56,973 nt of DNA from positions 1-56,973 of the IMG/VR virus record IMGVR_UViG_3300026546_000005; one strand, given 5' to 3'. The notes beneath the pieces were generated by a model. It worked only from the letters and a program-made list of their open reading frames with translations. It had not been told where the DNA came from and did not search any database. This DNA is from a virus. Taxonomy: Duplodnaviria > Caudoviricetes. Numbering within the stretch: position 1 is the stretch's first letter; each line of letters opens with the position of its first letter. Below are positions 30,879 through 38,199 of this stretch, in pieces. Made by a program: the position numbers and the translations under genes.

Positions 30879-30883
30879 AATAA

Positions 30884-30978
30884 GGATGGGTTATCCGAAA
30901 GATTGCAGGGTACCGGAAACGGTCTTGAAAACCGTTACCGCCTCGTCGGCGGTGTGGGTTCGAATCCCACCTCATCCG
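30884..30978 (+). tRNA. tRNA-Ser(UGA), enlarged D loop
   Basis: GGATGGG/CTCATCC acceptor, ACGGT-CTTGAAA-ACCGT, long variable arm, TTCGAAT. Confidence 0.85.
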
Positions 30979-30983
30979 CAAAT

Positions 30984-31068
30984 GGAGAGTTGGCCGAGTT
31001 GGTAAGGCACCAGATTGCTAATCTGAGATGAGGTAATACTTGCGCGAGTTCGAGTCTCGCACTCTCCG
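30984..31068 (+). tRNA. tRNA-Ser(GCU)
   Basis: GGAGAGT/ACTCTCC, anticodon loop TTGCTAA, long variable arm. Confidence 0.9.
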
Positions 31069-31075
31069 CTAACAT

Positions 31076-31150
31076 ACCCCTATAGCTCAGTTGATTTAGA
31101 GCACCTGACTTACATTCAGGAGGTCGTAAGTTTGAATCTTACTAGGGGTA
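31076..31150 (+). tRNA. tRNA-Val(UAC)
   Basis: ACCCCTA/TAGGGGT, CCTGA-CTTACAT-TCAGG. Confidence 0.9.
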
Positions 31151-31160
31151 CTTTTAATAT

Positions 31161-31249
31161 GGGACGTGTAACCGGTAATTGGTGTCCGACCTGATTGTGG
31201 CTCAGGAATCTCTAAAGAGACTATGGGAGTTCGAATCTCCTCACGCCCC
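31161..31249 (+). tRNA. tRNA-His(GUG), atypical (long variable arm)
   Basis: G-1:C73, CCTGA-TTGTGGC-TCAGG, TTCGAAT T loop, extra TCTC-TAAA-GAGA arm. Confidence 0.75.
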
Positions 31250-31253
31250 CATT

Positions 31254-31841
31254 TTATTTAATAGACCATGACCAACCACATTTACCCACACTTGTAATTT
31301 TACCAGTTCTATCTAGTTCAAACATATTTATTTCTTCATCAGTAAAACTTTCATCCATATTTACAAATCCCAATTTTCGATCTTTTAATTCTTTTAAAAC
31401 TGAACCAATTAAACCATTTATTGATAATAACGTTTCAGGTAATTTTAACCACGGATTCGTAACACCTAAAGCAGATGTTAAAGTTTCAATACTTTTGTTA
31501 ACGTTATCTTTTTTAAAAACTCTTGTAATGTGTTTCATAACTTCACCCGTATTTCTAGTTGTTTCTCTTGACTGAACAACCCACATTCTAACTCTAACTG
31601 AATTATGTTTAGGCATATTTTTTTCAAGTAATATTAAACCGTTTGTGTCACCGTCACCATCAGCTTCAAAATCAATTCTATTATCATCCATTTTTCTTAA
31701 TTTTATTGGTTCACTTGGAATAACAGATATTAATGTTTTATCTTTATCTGATGGATCATCTGTTGCAAGTATCATATATAAATTCCAACGTTTACGTTTA
31801 CGTAATATTTCTATAAAATCTAATTCTAATCTAACTTTCAT
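31254..31841 (-). CDS. Hypothetical protein
   Basis: 195-aa ORF with normal composition. Confidence 0.65.
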   Translation of the reverse strand: MKVRLELDFIEILRKRKRWNLYMILATDDPSDKDKTLISVIPSEPIKLRKMDDNRIDFEADGDGDTNGLILLEKNMPKHNSVRVRMWVVQSRETTRNTGEVMKHITRVFKKDNVNKSIETLTSALGVTNPWLKLPETLLSINGLIGSVLKELKDRKLGFVNMDESFTDEEINMFELDRTGKITSVGKCGWSWSIK

Positions 31842-31910
31842 AAACTTTTATTTTTATTTTATTTATACATATTGTATATTTGTATATAATTTTAAAATGT
31901 TTATACTAAA

Positions 31911-32084
31911 ATGAGTTTAATTAATAAAATTAAAAAGATTACAATACCATTAAAACATTTATTTCATAAAAAATGCTCAAAATGTTCTATTGGTTATATT
32001 ATTATTGATCACGAAGAATATATTAATAATAGTTTTGTAATAACTGTATATAAATGTAATTATTGTAATGAAAAATACATATAA
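31911..32084 (+). CDS. Small Zn-ribbon protein (not in the ORF track)
   Basis: 57 aa, CSKC...CNYC; TATATTTG at 31875-31882. Confidence 0.55.
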   Translation: MSLINKIKKITIPLKHLFHKKCSKCSIGYIIIDHEEYINNSFVITVYKCNYCNEKYI

Positions 32085-32141
32085 AATTTAAAACAATTTT
32101 AATTAACATATTATATTAATTAAATATATTTTAATATAATT

Positions 32142-32690
32142 TTGAGTTATATAAAATTATGTGTAGTAAATAAAAAACATTTAGAAGGAATAATACAATA
32201 CGCAAATAAAGCAGCTAAATATTATCAATCAAATAATAGAACATTAGATCAAAAAATAAATCATATTATAATTGGTAAAATCGCTGAATATTTAATATAT
32301 CAAACATATATTGATGAGTTCACTAAACCAAATTTTAATATAACAACTGAACCTGATCCAGGTTGGGACATGATACATATTCCAACTAAATTAAAACTAG
32401 ACGTAAAAAAACAAGTTGACATTAAACATCTAAATTTAAAAACAAACGAATTAAAAGCTGATGTATATTGTTCATTCGTTGAAATAAAATATGATTTAAA
32501 TGTAGGAACAATGGAAGGTTTATTTGAAGGATTTGTTTCAGCAAAAGATTTAATGTTTAATTTAAAAGAATCAACAAATCCTTATTATCGTAAAAAAGGA
32601 TATAAATTTTATGTATTTAAAAATAATATAAATTGGACGTTTAATATAAATGATATAAAAATAAACGAATTAAATTATGGAAATAAGTAA
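32142..32690 (+). CDS. Putative PD-(D/E)XK-fold nuclease-like protein
   Basis: GKIAE...PD.GWD...LDVK pattern. Confidence 0.45.
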   Translation: MSYIKLCVVNKKHLEGIIQYANKAAKYYQSNNRTLDQKINHIIIGKIAEYLIYQTYIDEFTKPNFNITTEPDPGWDMIHIPTKLKLDVKKQVDIKHLNLKTNELKADVYCSFVEIKYDLNVGTMEGLFEGFVSAKDLMFNLKESTNPYYRKKGYKFYVFKNNINWTFNINDIKINELNYGNK

Positions 32691-32847
32691 AGAAAAATTA
32701 CAAATATTAGTAGATTACTTTTTTAAAACCGCGATGTATTGCGATGAATTAAATATTTATGAACGTGAACAAGCAGATGACGATTTGTCAAATATGAAAG
32801 AGTGGGTAGAAGACACTTTTGGACGAGATTTGGAAGAAATTAGTTAA
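32677..32847 (+). CDS. Small acidic hypothetical protein (not in the ORF track)
   Basis: 56-aa ORF MEISKEKLQ...LEEIS overlapping the upstream stop. Confidence 0.5.
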   Translation: MEISKEKLQILVDYFFKTAMYCDELNIYEREQADDDLSNMKEWVEDTFGRDLEEIS

Positions 32848-32885
32848 TTTTTTGTAAAATATTTTTTTTATTTAAAAAAATATTT

Positions 32886-32893
32886 TATATTTG
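32886..32893 (+). promoter_or_regulatory. TAnnTTTG promoter of tRNA operon 2
   Basis: TATATTTGTAAAAC. Confidence 0.7.
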
Positions 32894-32929
32894 TAAAACA
32901 AAGAAGAAAAACTGTATATATAATTAACG

Positions 32930-33010
32930 ATGAGAACAAATTATTTACATATTAACGACATATTTAGTTTTCCCTTCCCACAGGAATGGATTGCTCTATT
33001 TGTGACTTAA
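32930..33010 (+). CDS. Attenuator leader peptide 2 MRTNYLHINDIFSFPFPQEWIALFVT
   Basis: F-S-F-P-F-P run matches downstream tRNA-Pro and tRNA-Phe. Confidence 0.8.
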   Translation: MRTNYLHINDIFSFPFPQEWIALFVT

Positions 33011-33035
33011 TATGTAAGTAAATTATAAAATTTTT

Positions 33036-33077
33036 AAAAGTCCCAAGTAGAGCTAAAATTCAACTTGGGACTTTTTT
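33036..33077 (+). terminator. Attenuator terminator (3:4) of tRNA operon 2
   Basis: AAAAGTCCCAAGT/ACTTGGGACTTTT hairpin plus T tract, 5 nt before tRNA-Pro. Confidence 0.85.
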
Positions 33078-33082
33078 ATTAT

Positions 33083-33156
33083 CGAGTAGTAGTTCAGTCA
33101 GGTAGAATACGTGCTTTGGGAGCACGGGGTCGGGGGTTCAAGTCCCTCCTACTCGA
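33083..33156 (+). tRNA. tRNA-Pro(UGG)
   Basis: CGAGTAG/CTACTCG, CGTGC-TTTGGGA-GCACG. Confidence 0.92.
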
Positions 33157-33163
33157 CATATTC

Positions 33164-33237
33164 GGAGATATAGCTCAGTAGCGTAGAGCAATGGACTGAA
33201 AATCCATGTGTCCCTGGTTCAATTCCAGGTATCTCCA
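33164..33237 (+). tRNA. tRNA-Phe(GAA)
   Basis: GGAGATA/TATCTCC, ATGGA-CTGAAAA-TCCAT. Confidence 0.92.
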
Positions 33238-33290
33238 CTAAGAATTAAAAAAAATATAAACTTTTATTTTTTTATTATAATAAAATGTAT

Positions 33291-33298
33291 TATATTTG
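33291..33298 (+). promoter_or_regulatory. TAnnTTTG promoter upstream of the Ro60/TROVE gene
   Basis: TATATTTG 50 nt before the ATG. Confidence 0.6.
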
Positions 33299-33347
33299 TA
33301 ATTCTTAAAGTTTAATAGTAATAATTTAAAAACAAAAATCTTTAAAC

Positions 33348-34931
33348 ATGGCTAAATTTAACAAAAAAACAGAAAAAGAGACTCTTATTAATGACATGGG
33401 TCAAAAAGCATTCAAACTTTCTCCAAAGGAAGAGTTAATATCAACTGTATTAACTACATTTGTTACTAATTCATTTTATGAATCAGAAAACGAAATATTG
33501 GATAGAATTCGTAAAGCCATGTCAAAATGCGATACTGAATTTGTCGCAAAGACTGCTTTATACACAAGACGTGATGCAAATATGCGTAGTTCATCACACG
33601 TGTTAGCTGGCGAATTAGCACAACGTGCAGCAGGAAAGGAATGGGCTAAAAGATTCTACAAAAATATTTGTGTTCGTCCTGATGATATGGCAGAAATTTT
33701 GGGTTATTACTTAAATGTAATTCGTGAAGGTTCTGATGGTAAAAAAATACCTAATTCAATGAAAAAAGGATTTAAAGCTAAACTTGAATCTTTAGATCCA
33801 TATTTAATTGACAAATATAAAATGAAAAGACGCGCAATTAAGTTAATTGATTTAGTTAATTTATTTCATCCAAAACCAAATGAAAAAAATGCTGAAGCAT
33901 TTAAACGTTTACGTGATGGTATGCCTTTAGATGATCTTTATACTTCTAAAATTCTTGAAAAAGAAATGTCTAAAGCCGGACAAAACACAGAAGATAAAAA
34001 AGAAGCTAAAGCAACTGCTATTCGTGAAACATTAACTGCGAATGAAAGTAAGTCACCAATTTTTAACTTAGTTAGAAATTTACGTAACATACTTGAAAGC
34101 ACACCAGATATGGTTGATGATGTAGTAACAAACATTACAAATCGTGATAAAATTTTAAAATCACGCATGTTACCATTTAGATTTGCAACTGCATATGCTG
34201 AAGTTGAAAAACTTAATGCAGTTGATAGAGACGCAAAAACTAAAGTTTTAAATGCACTTGAAACTGCAATTAATTACTCATGTGAAAATATTCCTGAGTT
34301 ATTTGGTAATACTGCTATATTAATTGACCATTCAGGTTCAATGAGAGGTAGTAACGGTAGTGGATCATCAAAAGTATCTGCATTTTCAGATGTAACAACA
34401 TCTATTATTGCTAATTTATTTGGAGTAATGCTAATGCAATCTCAAGATAATGTATACATGGGATTATTTGGTGACAGACTTGTAACAGTAAAAGACATTG
34501 ATCGTTCAAAAGGTGTTTTAAAAACACATAAAGAAGTTCATAAATTAGGTTCAACATGTGGCCTTAGTTCAGAACATGGTTTATTCGAGTTTTTTGCTGA
34601 CGTTGTTAGACATAGAGTTAGAGTTGATAATGTTATCATATTTTCAGATATGGTAATTGGTTCTAACAGCTGGTATGGTCGCGGATCAATTGGGGACATT
34701 AGAACAGGTTCTGGATCGTTTAATTCATTGTTTAAACGCTTTAAAGAACTAAATCCTTTAGCAAATATAGTATCAGTAAACTTACATGATACTAAAGGAA
34801 CAACAGTCTTTAATAAAAAACTTGGTGTTACTCAAATTTCTGGATGGTCTGAAAAGATTTTTGATGTATTGAAAAATATGTCTAAAGGTTATGAAGATAT
34901 AATTGCAGAAATTGAAGCAATTAAACTTTAA
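33348..34931 (+). CDS. Ro60/Rsr-like TROVE-domain RNA-binding protein
   Basis: G..AF.LSP..EL, FYE, ALY.R....MR, RPDD, KY, L.DL..L.HPKP, LVRNLRN, SR.LPFRF, vWA DHSGSM. Confidence 0.9.
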   Translation: MAKFNKKTEKETLINDMGQKAFKLSPKEELISTVLTTFVTNSFYESENEILDRIRKAMSKCDTEFVAKTALYTRRDANMRSSSHVLAGELAQRAAGKEWAKRFYKNICVRPDDMAEILGYYLNVIREGSDGKKIPNSMKKGFKAKLESLDPYLIDKYKMKRRAIKLIDLVNLFHPKPNEKNAEAFKRLRDGMPLDDLYTSKILEKEMSKAGQNTEDKKEAKATAIRETLTANESKSPIFNLVRNLRNILESTPDMVDDVVTNITNRDKILKSRMLPFRFATAYAEVEKLNAVDRDAKTKVLNALETAINYSCENIPELFGNTAILIDHSGSMRGSNGSGSSKVSAFSDVTTSIIANLFGVMLMQSQDNVYMGLFGDRLVTVKDIDRSKGVLKTHKEVHKLGSTCGLSSEHGLFEFFADVVRHRVRVDNVIIFSDMVIGSNSWYGRGSIGDIRTGSGSFNSLFKRFKELNPLANIVSVNLHDTKGTTVFNKKLGVTQISGWSEKIFDVLKNMSKGYEDIIAEIEAIKL

Positions 34932-34933
34932 AA

Positions 34934-34963
34934 AAGGAGAGGAATTTTATATTCCTCTCTCTT
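34934..34963 (+). terminator. Hairpin / probable terminator after TROVE
   Basis: GGAGAGGAAT/ATTCCTCTCT; weak U tract. Confidence 0.55.
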
Positions 34964-35005
34964 AAAAAAATAAAACAAATATTTTTATTTTAATGTAAAA
35001 TATAT

Positions 35006-35013
35006 TATATTTG
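35006..35013 (+). promoter_or_regulatory. TAnnTTTG promoter of the Y-RNA-like cluster
   Basis: TATATTTG 7 nt before the first stem. Confidence 0.7.
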
Positions 35014-35020
35014 TAAAAAC

Positions 35021-35103
35021 AAACTAAAGATAGTAAGTTTAAAAGTTACATCGTTTATAGGGGAAATAACAATTCACTTTTAACATTAAATCTTCTTTAG
35101 TTT
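35021..35103 (+). ncRNA. Y-RNA-like element 1 (no tRNA domain)
   Basis: AAACTAAAGA/TCTTTAGTTT outer stem, TAGT, TTAAAAGT/ACTTTTAA inner stem, TACATCG motif; downstream of Ro60. Confidence 0.65.
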
Positions 35104-35131
35104 AAAAAACGATCTTTAATATAAATGACAT

Positions 35132-35272
35132 AAATAAGATAGTGAGTAATTTTATTACATCGAGAACAATTAGCTTAGTTGGTTGAGCACTGCCCTTTCA
35201 CGGTAGAGGTCGTCGGTTCGATCCCGACATTATTCTATAAATACATATAAAATTACAGCATTCTTCTTATTT
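35132..35272 (+). ncRNA. Y-RNA-like element 2 enclosing a complete tRNA-Glu(UUC)-like cloverleaf (35164-35236)
   Basis: AAATAAGA/TCTTATTT, GTAATTTTAT/ATAAAATTAC, TACATCG; CTGCC-CTTTCAC-GGTAG; GTCGG-TTCGATC-CCGAC. Confidence 0.7.
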
Positions 35273-35281
35273 TTTCAACTT

Positions 35282-35419
35282 GGCGAGGACAGACAACACA
35301 TTAATATTAAACGTTCTCTGTTCATAGTAGTAATAATATTAATTACATCGATTAGCGATATTGGTTTCGCACCTTGGTTTTGGTCCAAGTCTATGCGGGT
35401 TCGATTCCCGCCCTCGCCG
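35282..35419 (+). ncRNA. Element 3: tRNA-Gln(UUG)-like RNA with the Y domain inserted between the acceptor 5' strand and the D arm
   Basis: GGCGAGG(35282-88)/CCTCGCC(35412-18); insert with ATTAATATTA/TAATATTAAT, TAGT, TACATCG; CTTGG-TTTTGGT-CCAAG. Confidence 0.7.
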
Positions 35420-35426
35420 CGAATTT

Positions 35427-35570
35427 TAAAGTTGGATAGTGATAAAAAACGTTACTTCGTAGCTCAGATGGGTAGAGCAATTGACTGCAGATCAATGGGT
35501 CGTTGGTTCAACTCCAACCGAAAACGTTAATTCGTTTTCTTCACGTTTTTTAAACGTACTTCCAACTTTA
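35427..35570 (+). ncRNA. Y-RNA-like element 4 with tRNA-Cys(GCA)-like D, anticodon and T arms and a loop-closed acceptor-like hairpin
   Basis: TAAAGTTGGA/TCCAACTTTA, TAAAAAACGT/ACGTTTTTTA, TACTTCG; ATTGA-CTGCAGA-TCAAT; GAAAACG/CGTTTTC. Confidence 0.7.
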
Positions 35571-35588
35571 TTTTTTAAACCTGTTATA

Positions 35589-36338
35589 ATGAAAGTTAAA
35601 AAACAAACAGAGCAAACATTTAAATTTGTAAAATCTATAAAATTTGGTAGAACTGACTTACCAACACTTGTTTTTATATTTGGTTATCCGTTTAAAATAA
35701 AGGAACATTTTAATTATGACGGAAATTTTTATTATATTGATAGTCATTATAATAAAGCATTAGTTTATCCGTCTCCTTTTTTAAATATAAAAGATTTATC
35801 ACGTGTAATTGCTAAAGAATTATTATCTAAATTAAAAACTTCAGATGTAGTTTTAGTTGGTTACTCTCTTGGTGCAGTATATTCATTAGAAATATCTAAA
35901 ATATTAGAAGAAAATAATATTAATGTAAAATTACAATTATTAATTGATCCAATTGATACAATATATAATTTTAATACTAAATTATACAATAAATTAAGAT
36001 ATTCTTTTTGTTTTACTGCTTTATTTAGTCGATATTTAATATTTAGTTTTTTAGTAAAATTGCAAAACATATTTAATTTTAAAATTATTACTAGATCAAT
36101 TTATATTAATTCAGTGTATAGAATACATTTATTACGCTATAATTTTTCTTATAATAATATAAATACAATTTTAATTAAAAACTCTACTAATTGTAATAAA
36201 ACTAAATATAGTTGGATTGATATTTTTAAAAAAGATAATATTGATTTAAAAGTGTTTAATGCTAAAAAACATTCTGATTTTTTCTTTAATGAAAGTATAT
36301 TAAAAAAATGGATTAATATACTAAAATTAAATATATAA
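35589..36338 (+). CDS. Stand-alone thioesterase (alpha/beta hydrolase), paralog of the NRPS TE domain; start revised to ATG 35589
   Basis: GYSLG, LIDP, KKHSDFF; NYDG.FYYIDSHYN shared with the 55357 protein. Confidence 0.75.
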   Translation: MKVKKQTEQTFKFVKSIKFGRTDLPTLVFIFGYPFKIKEHFNYDGNFYYIDSHYNKALVYPSPFLNIKDLSRVIAKELLSKLKTSDVVLVGYSLGAVYSLEISKILEENNINVKLQLLIDPIDTIYNFNTKLYNKLRYSFCFTALFSRYLIFSFLVKLQNIFNFKIITRSIYINSVYRIHLLRYNFSYNNINTILIKNSTNCNKTKYSWIDIFKKDNIDLKVFNAKKHSDFFFNESILKKWINILKLNI

Positions 36339-36359
36339 CTGAAAATAAAATTATTATAT

Positions 36360-36665
36360 ATGGCAACATTAGGAAGTAATTTAGATAAGGTTAAAATAAT
36401 TAAACAAAATAATTCAATTATAATAATTGAAACATTTAGTAATCAACAATACTCTGGATTAGGTAGAGGTGAATATGCGTCATTAAGTGCTGAAGAAAGT
36501 ATTACTGTACATAATATTCAAAATATTGTAGTATCTATTAAAAATGAAATAGTTGTTATAAAATCTGCAATGGGAGTTATGCATTCATTTAACATAAATA
36601 TAGTTGAAACTGAAGGATTTAAATTTAAAACTGAATTAGAATTTATTCAAAATTTAATAAAATAA
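36360..36665 (+). CDS. Hypothetical protein
   Basis: ORF in operon. Confidence 0.6.
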   Translation: MATLGSNLDKVKIIKQNNSIIIIETFSNQQYSGLGRGEYASLSAEESITVHNIQNIVVSIKNEIVVIKSAMGVMHSFNINIVETEGFKFKTELEFIQNLIK

Positions 36666-36671
36666 AATATT

Positions 36672-36977
36672 ATGAAATCACAAAATAAAACGAGTTCAGA
36701 ATATTTAAATGATTTGTTAAATACATTAACAAATTCAACTGTTATTAGTGATAAATTTATAAATTATATTTTACAAATAGCAAATAAATCTATTGCTGAT
36801 AATTTTAAATCTGGAAAAAATAATGATGACGAAATATTTGATCATTATAAAAAATTAGTAAAAGAATTTCATTATATAACAATATTTAGTACACATTTTC
36901 AAAATTTAGTATTAGGTATTATACACGATTGTATAACTACAGCATATGAAGAAGGACAAAAAGAAAGGGCTAATTAA
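36672..36977 (+). CDS. Hypothetical protein
   Basis: ORF in operon. Confidence 0.6.
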   Translation: MKSQNKTSSEYLNDLLNTLTNSTVISDKFINYILQIANKSIADNFKSGKNNDDEIFDHYKKLVKEFHYITIFSTHFQNLVLGIIHDCITTAYEEGQKERAN

Positions 36978-36997
36978 AATAATTAGCCCTTTCTTTT
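36958..36997. terminator. Bidirectional intrinsic terminator
   Basis: AAAAGAAAGGGCTAATTA/TAATTAGCCCTTTCTTTT between convergent genes. Confidence 0.8.
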
Positions 36998-37011
36998 ATT
37001 GTTTATTAAAA

Positions 37012-37461
37012 TTATTGAATTTCAATTTTTTTAACTTCTTTAGCTTCTTCAATTTCTTTAACATTCTTTTTCAATGTTACAGTTAAAATACCTTTATCAA
37101 AAGATGCATTTATATCATCTTCTTGAACATCTTCAGGTAATGTAAAGCTTCTTTCAAACATATTATATTTAAATTCTCTACGGATGTAATTTTTATCTTC
37201 TACTTTCTTTTCACTTTCATTTTTAGATTTAATAGTTAACATATTATCCTTAATAAATACATCCACATCTTCTTTTCCTGCACCTGGCAATGAAACTTCT
37301 AATTGATAGTTATCATCATTTTCAATAACGTTTACTTTTCCAAAATCATTGCCAGATAACGATTGCAATGGACGATAAAATAAATCATCCATAAAATTAT
37401 TACCAAAAAAGTCATCTAATAGACTTGGTAAATATCCTGGAGTTCTTTTCATTAACATCAT
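37012..37461 (-). CDS. Small heat-shock protein Hsp20/alpha-crystallin
   Basis: VNV.E, LPG..KEDV, YIRREF.Y..FERSFTLPE, ASFDKGILTV, IEI tail. Confidence 0.92.
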   Translation of the reverse strand: MMLMKRTPGYLPSLLDDFFGNNFMDDLFYRPLQSLSGNDFGKVNVIENDDNYQLEVSLPGAGKEDVDVFIKDNMLTIKSKNESEKKVEDKNYIRREFKYNMFERSFTLPEDVQEDDINASFDKGILTVTLKKNVKEIEEAKEVKKIEIQ

Positions 37462-37490
37462 AGCTTTATTATTTTTTTATTAAATATAGT

Positions 37491-37531
37491 ACAAAAACTA
37501 TGCCAAATTAAAAATTATGACAATTTGTCAT
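37491..37531 (-). promoter_or_regulatory. Sigma54-like -24/-12 element plus inverted repeat upstream of hsp20
   Basis: Minus strand TGGCATAGTTTTTGT (consensus TGGCACGN4TTGC); ATGACAA-T-TTGTCAT at 37517-37531. Confidence 0.45.
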
Positions 37532-38148
37532 TTATTTATGACATTTTTGATATAAAAATTAAGTATTCGTAAACGTTCTTGATCTTTAACTGCAATTAGC
37601 CATTGATATGCTAAATTTTTTTCTATAAAATCAGATTTTTCTTCCATTTTTTCAATTTGAGTTTCAACTTGTTCAATAACATTTTCATCAATTGTAACTT
37701 CTATATCTAATTCAATTGCAGTTTTATATAATGTTATTATATCATGTGAACTATATGCATCTGATGCTTCTGAATACAATTCAAGTTGTTTTTGTGTTGG
37801 ATTTTTTAATTTATCTGGATGAATTTGTTTTGATATTTCATGAAAAATTTTTTGTTCAAATTCACTAGAAGGTGTTTTTTCTGTTATATTTTGCGTATTA
37901 TTATTTTCATCATTAAATCCATTTGTACCATTTTGATTTTTAAATTTAACATCAATTTTCTGTGGATTTATTATATTATTAAATTTTTTTAATAAATCAG
38001 GTTTATCTTTTAATAATTTATTTACTTCACTTAAAAACTTTGGTTCTGCTTCATGCACAATTTCAGTTTTATATTCTATTTCATTAGAATAATAATTATA
38101 TTTAGATAATAAAGTTTTTAATTTTAATTGTAATAATGCATTATTCAT
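37528..38148 (-). CDS. J-domain-like protein
   Basis: IFHEISKQIHPDKL...LYSEA..AY; adjacent to hsp20. Confidence 0.65.
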   Translation of the reverse strand: MNNALLQLKLKTLLSKYNYYSNEIEYKTEIVHEAEPKFLSEVNKLLKDKPDLLKKFNNIINPQKIDVKFKNQNGTNGFNDENNNTQNITEKTPSSEFEQKIFHEISKQIHPDKLKNPTQKQLELYSEASDAYSSHDIITLYKTAIELDIEVTIDENVIEQVETQIEKMEEKSDFIEKNLAYQWLIAVKDQERLRILNFYIKNVINK

Positions 38149-38199
38149 ATTTAATTATAATATTAAATGTAAAATTGTTTAAGTAATATATATTTTAAA

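Noticed and set aside
30884-30978. tRNA-Sec or opal suppressor
   Set aside because: The anticodon is UGA (reads UCA, Ser), not UCA.
35164-35526. Calling the Glu/Gln/Cys cloverleafs ordinary tRNA genes or simple pseudogenes
   Set aside because: Each is embedded in or interrupted by the same conserved two-stem module, and the acceptor arrangements are non-standard.
35021-35570. CRISPR array or T-box reading of the repeated TAGT...TACATCG motif
   Set aside because: Repeats are short and structural rather than identical, spacing is irregular, and there are no cas genes or T-box consensus.
35481-35588. N-terminal extension of the thioesterase ORF (TTG start)
   Set aside because: Overlaps the tRNA-like RNA element; homology to the TE paralog starts after ATG 35589.
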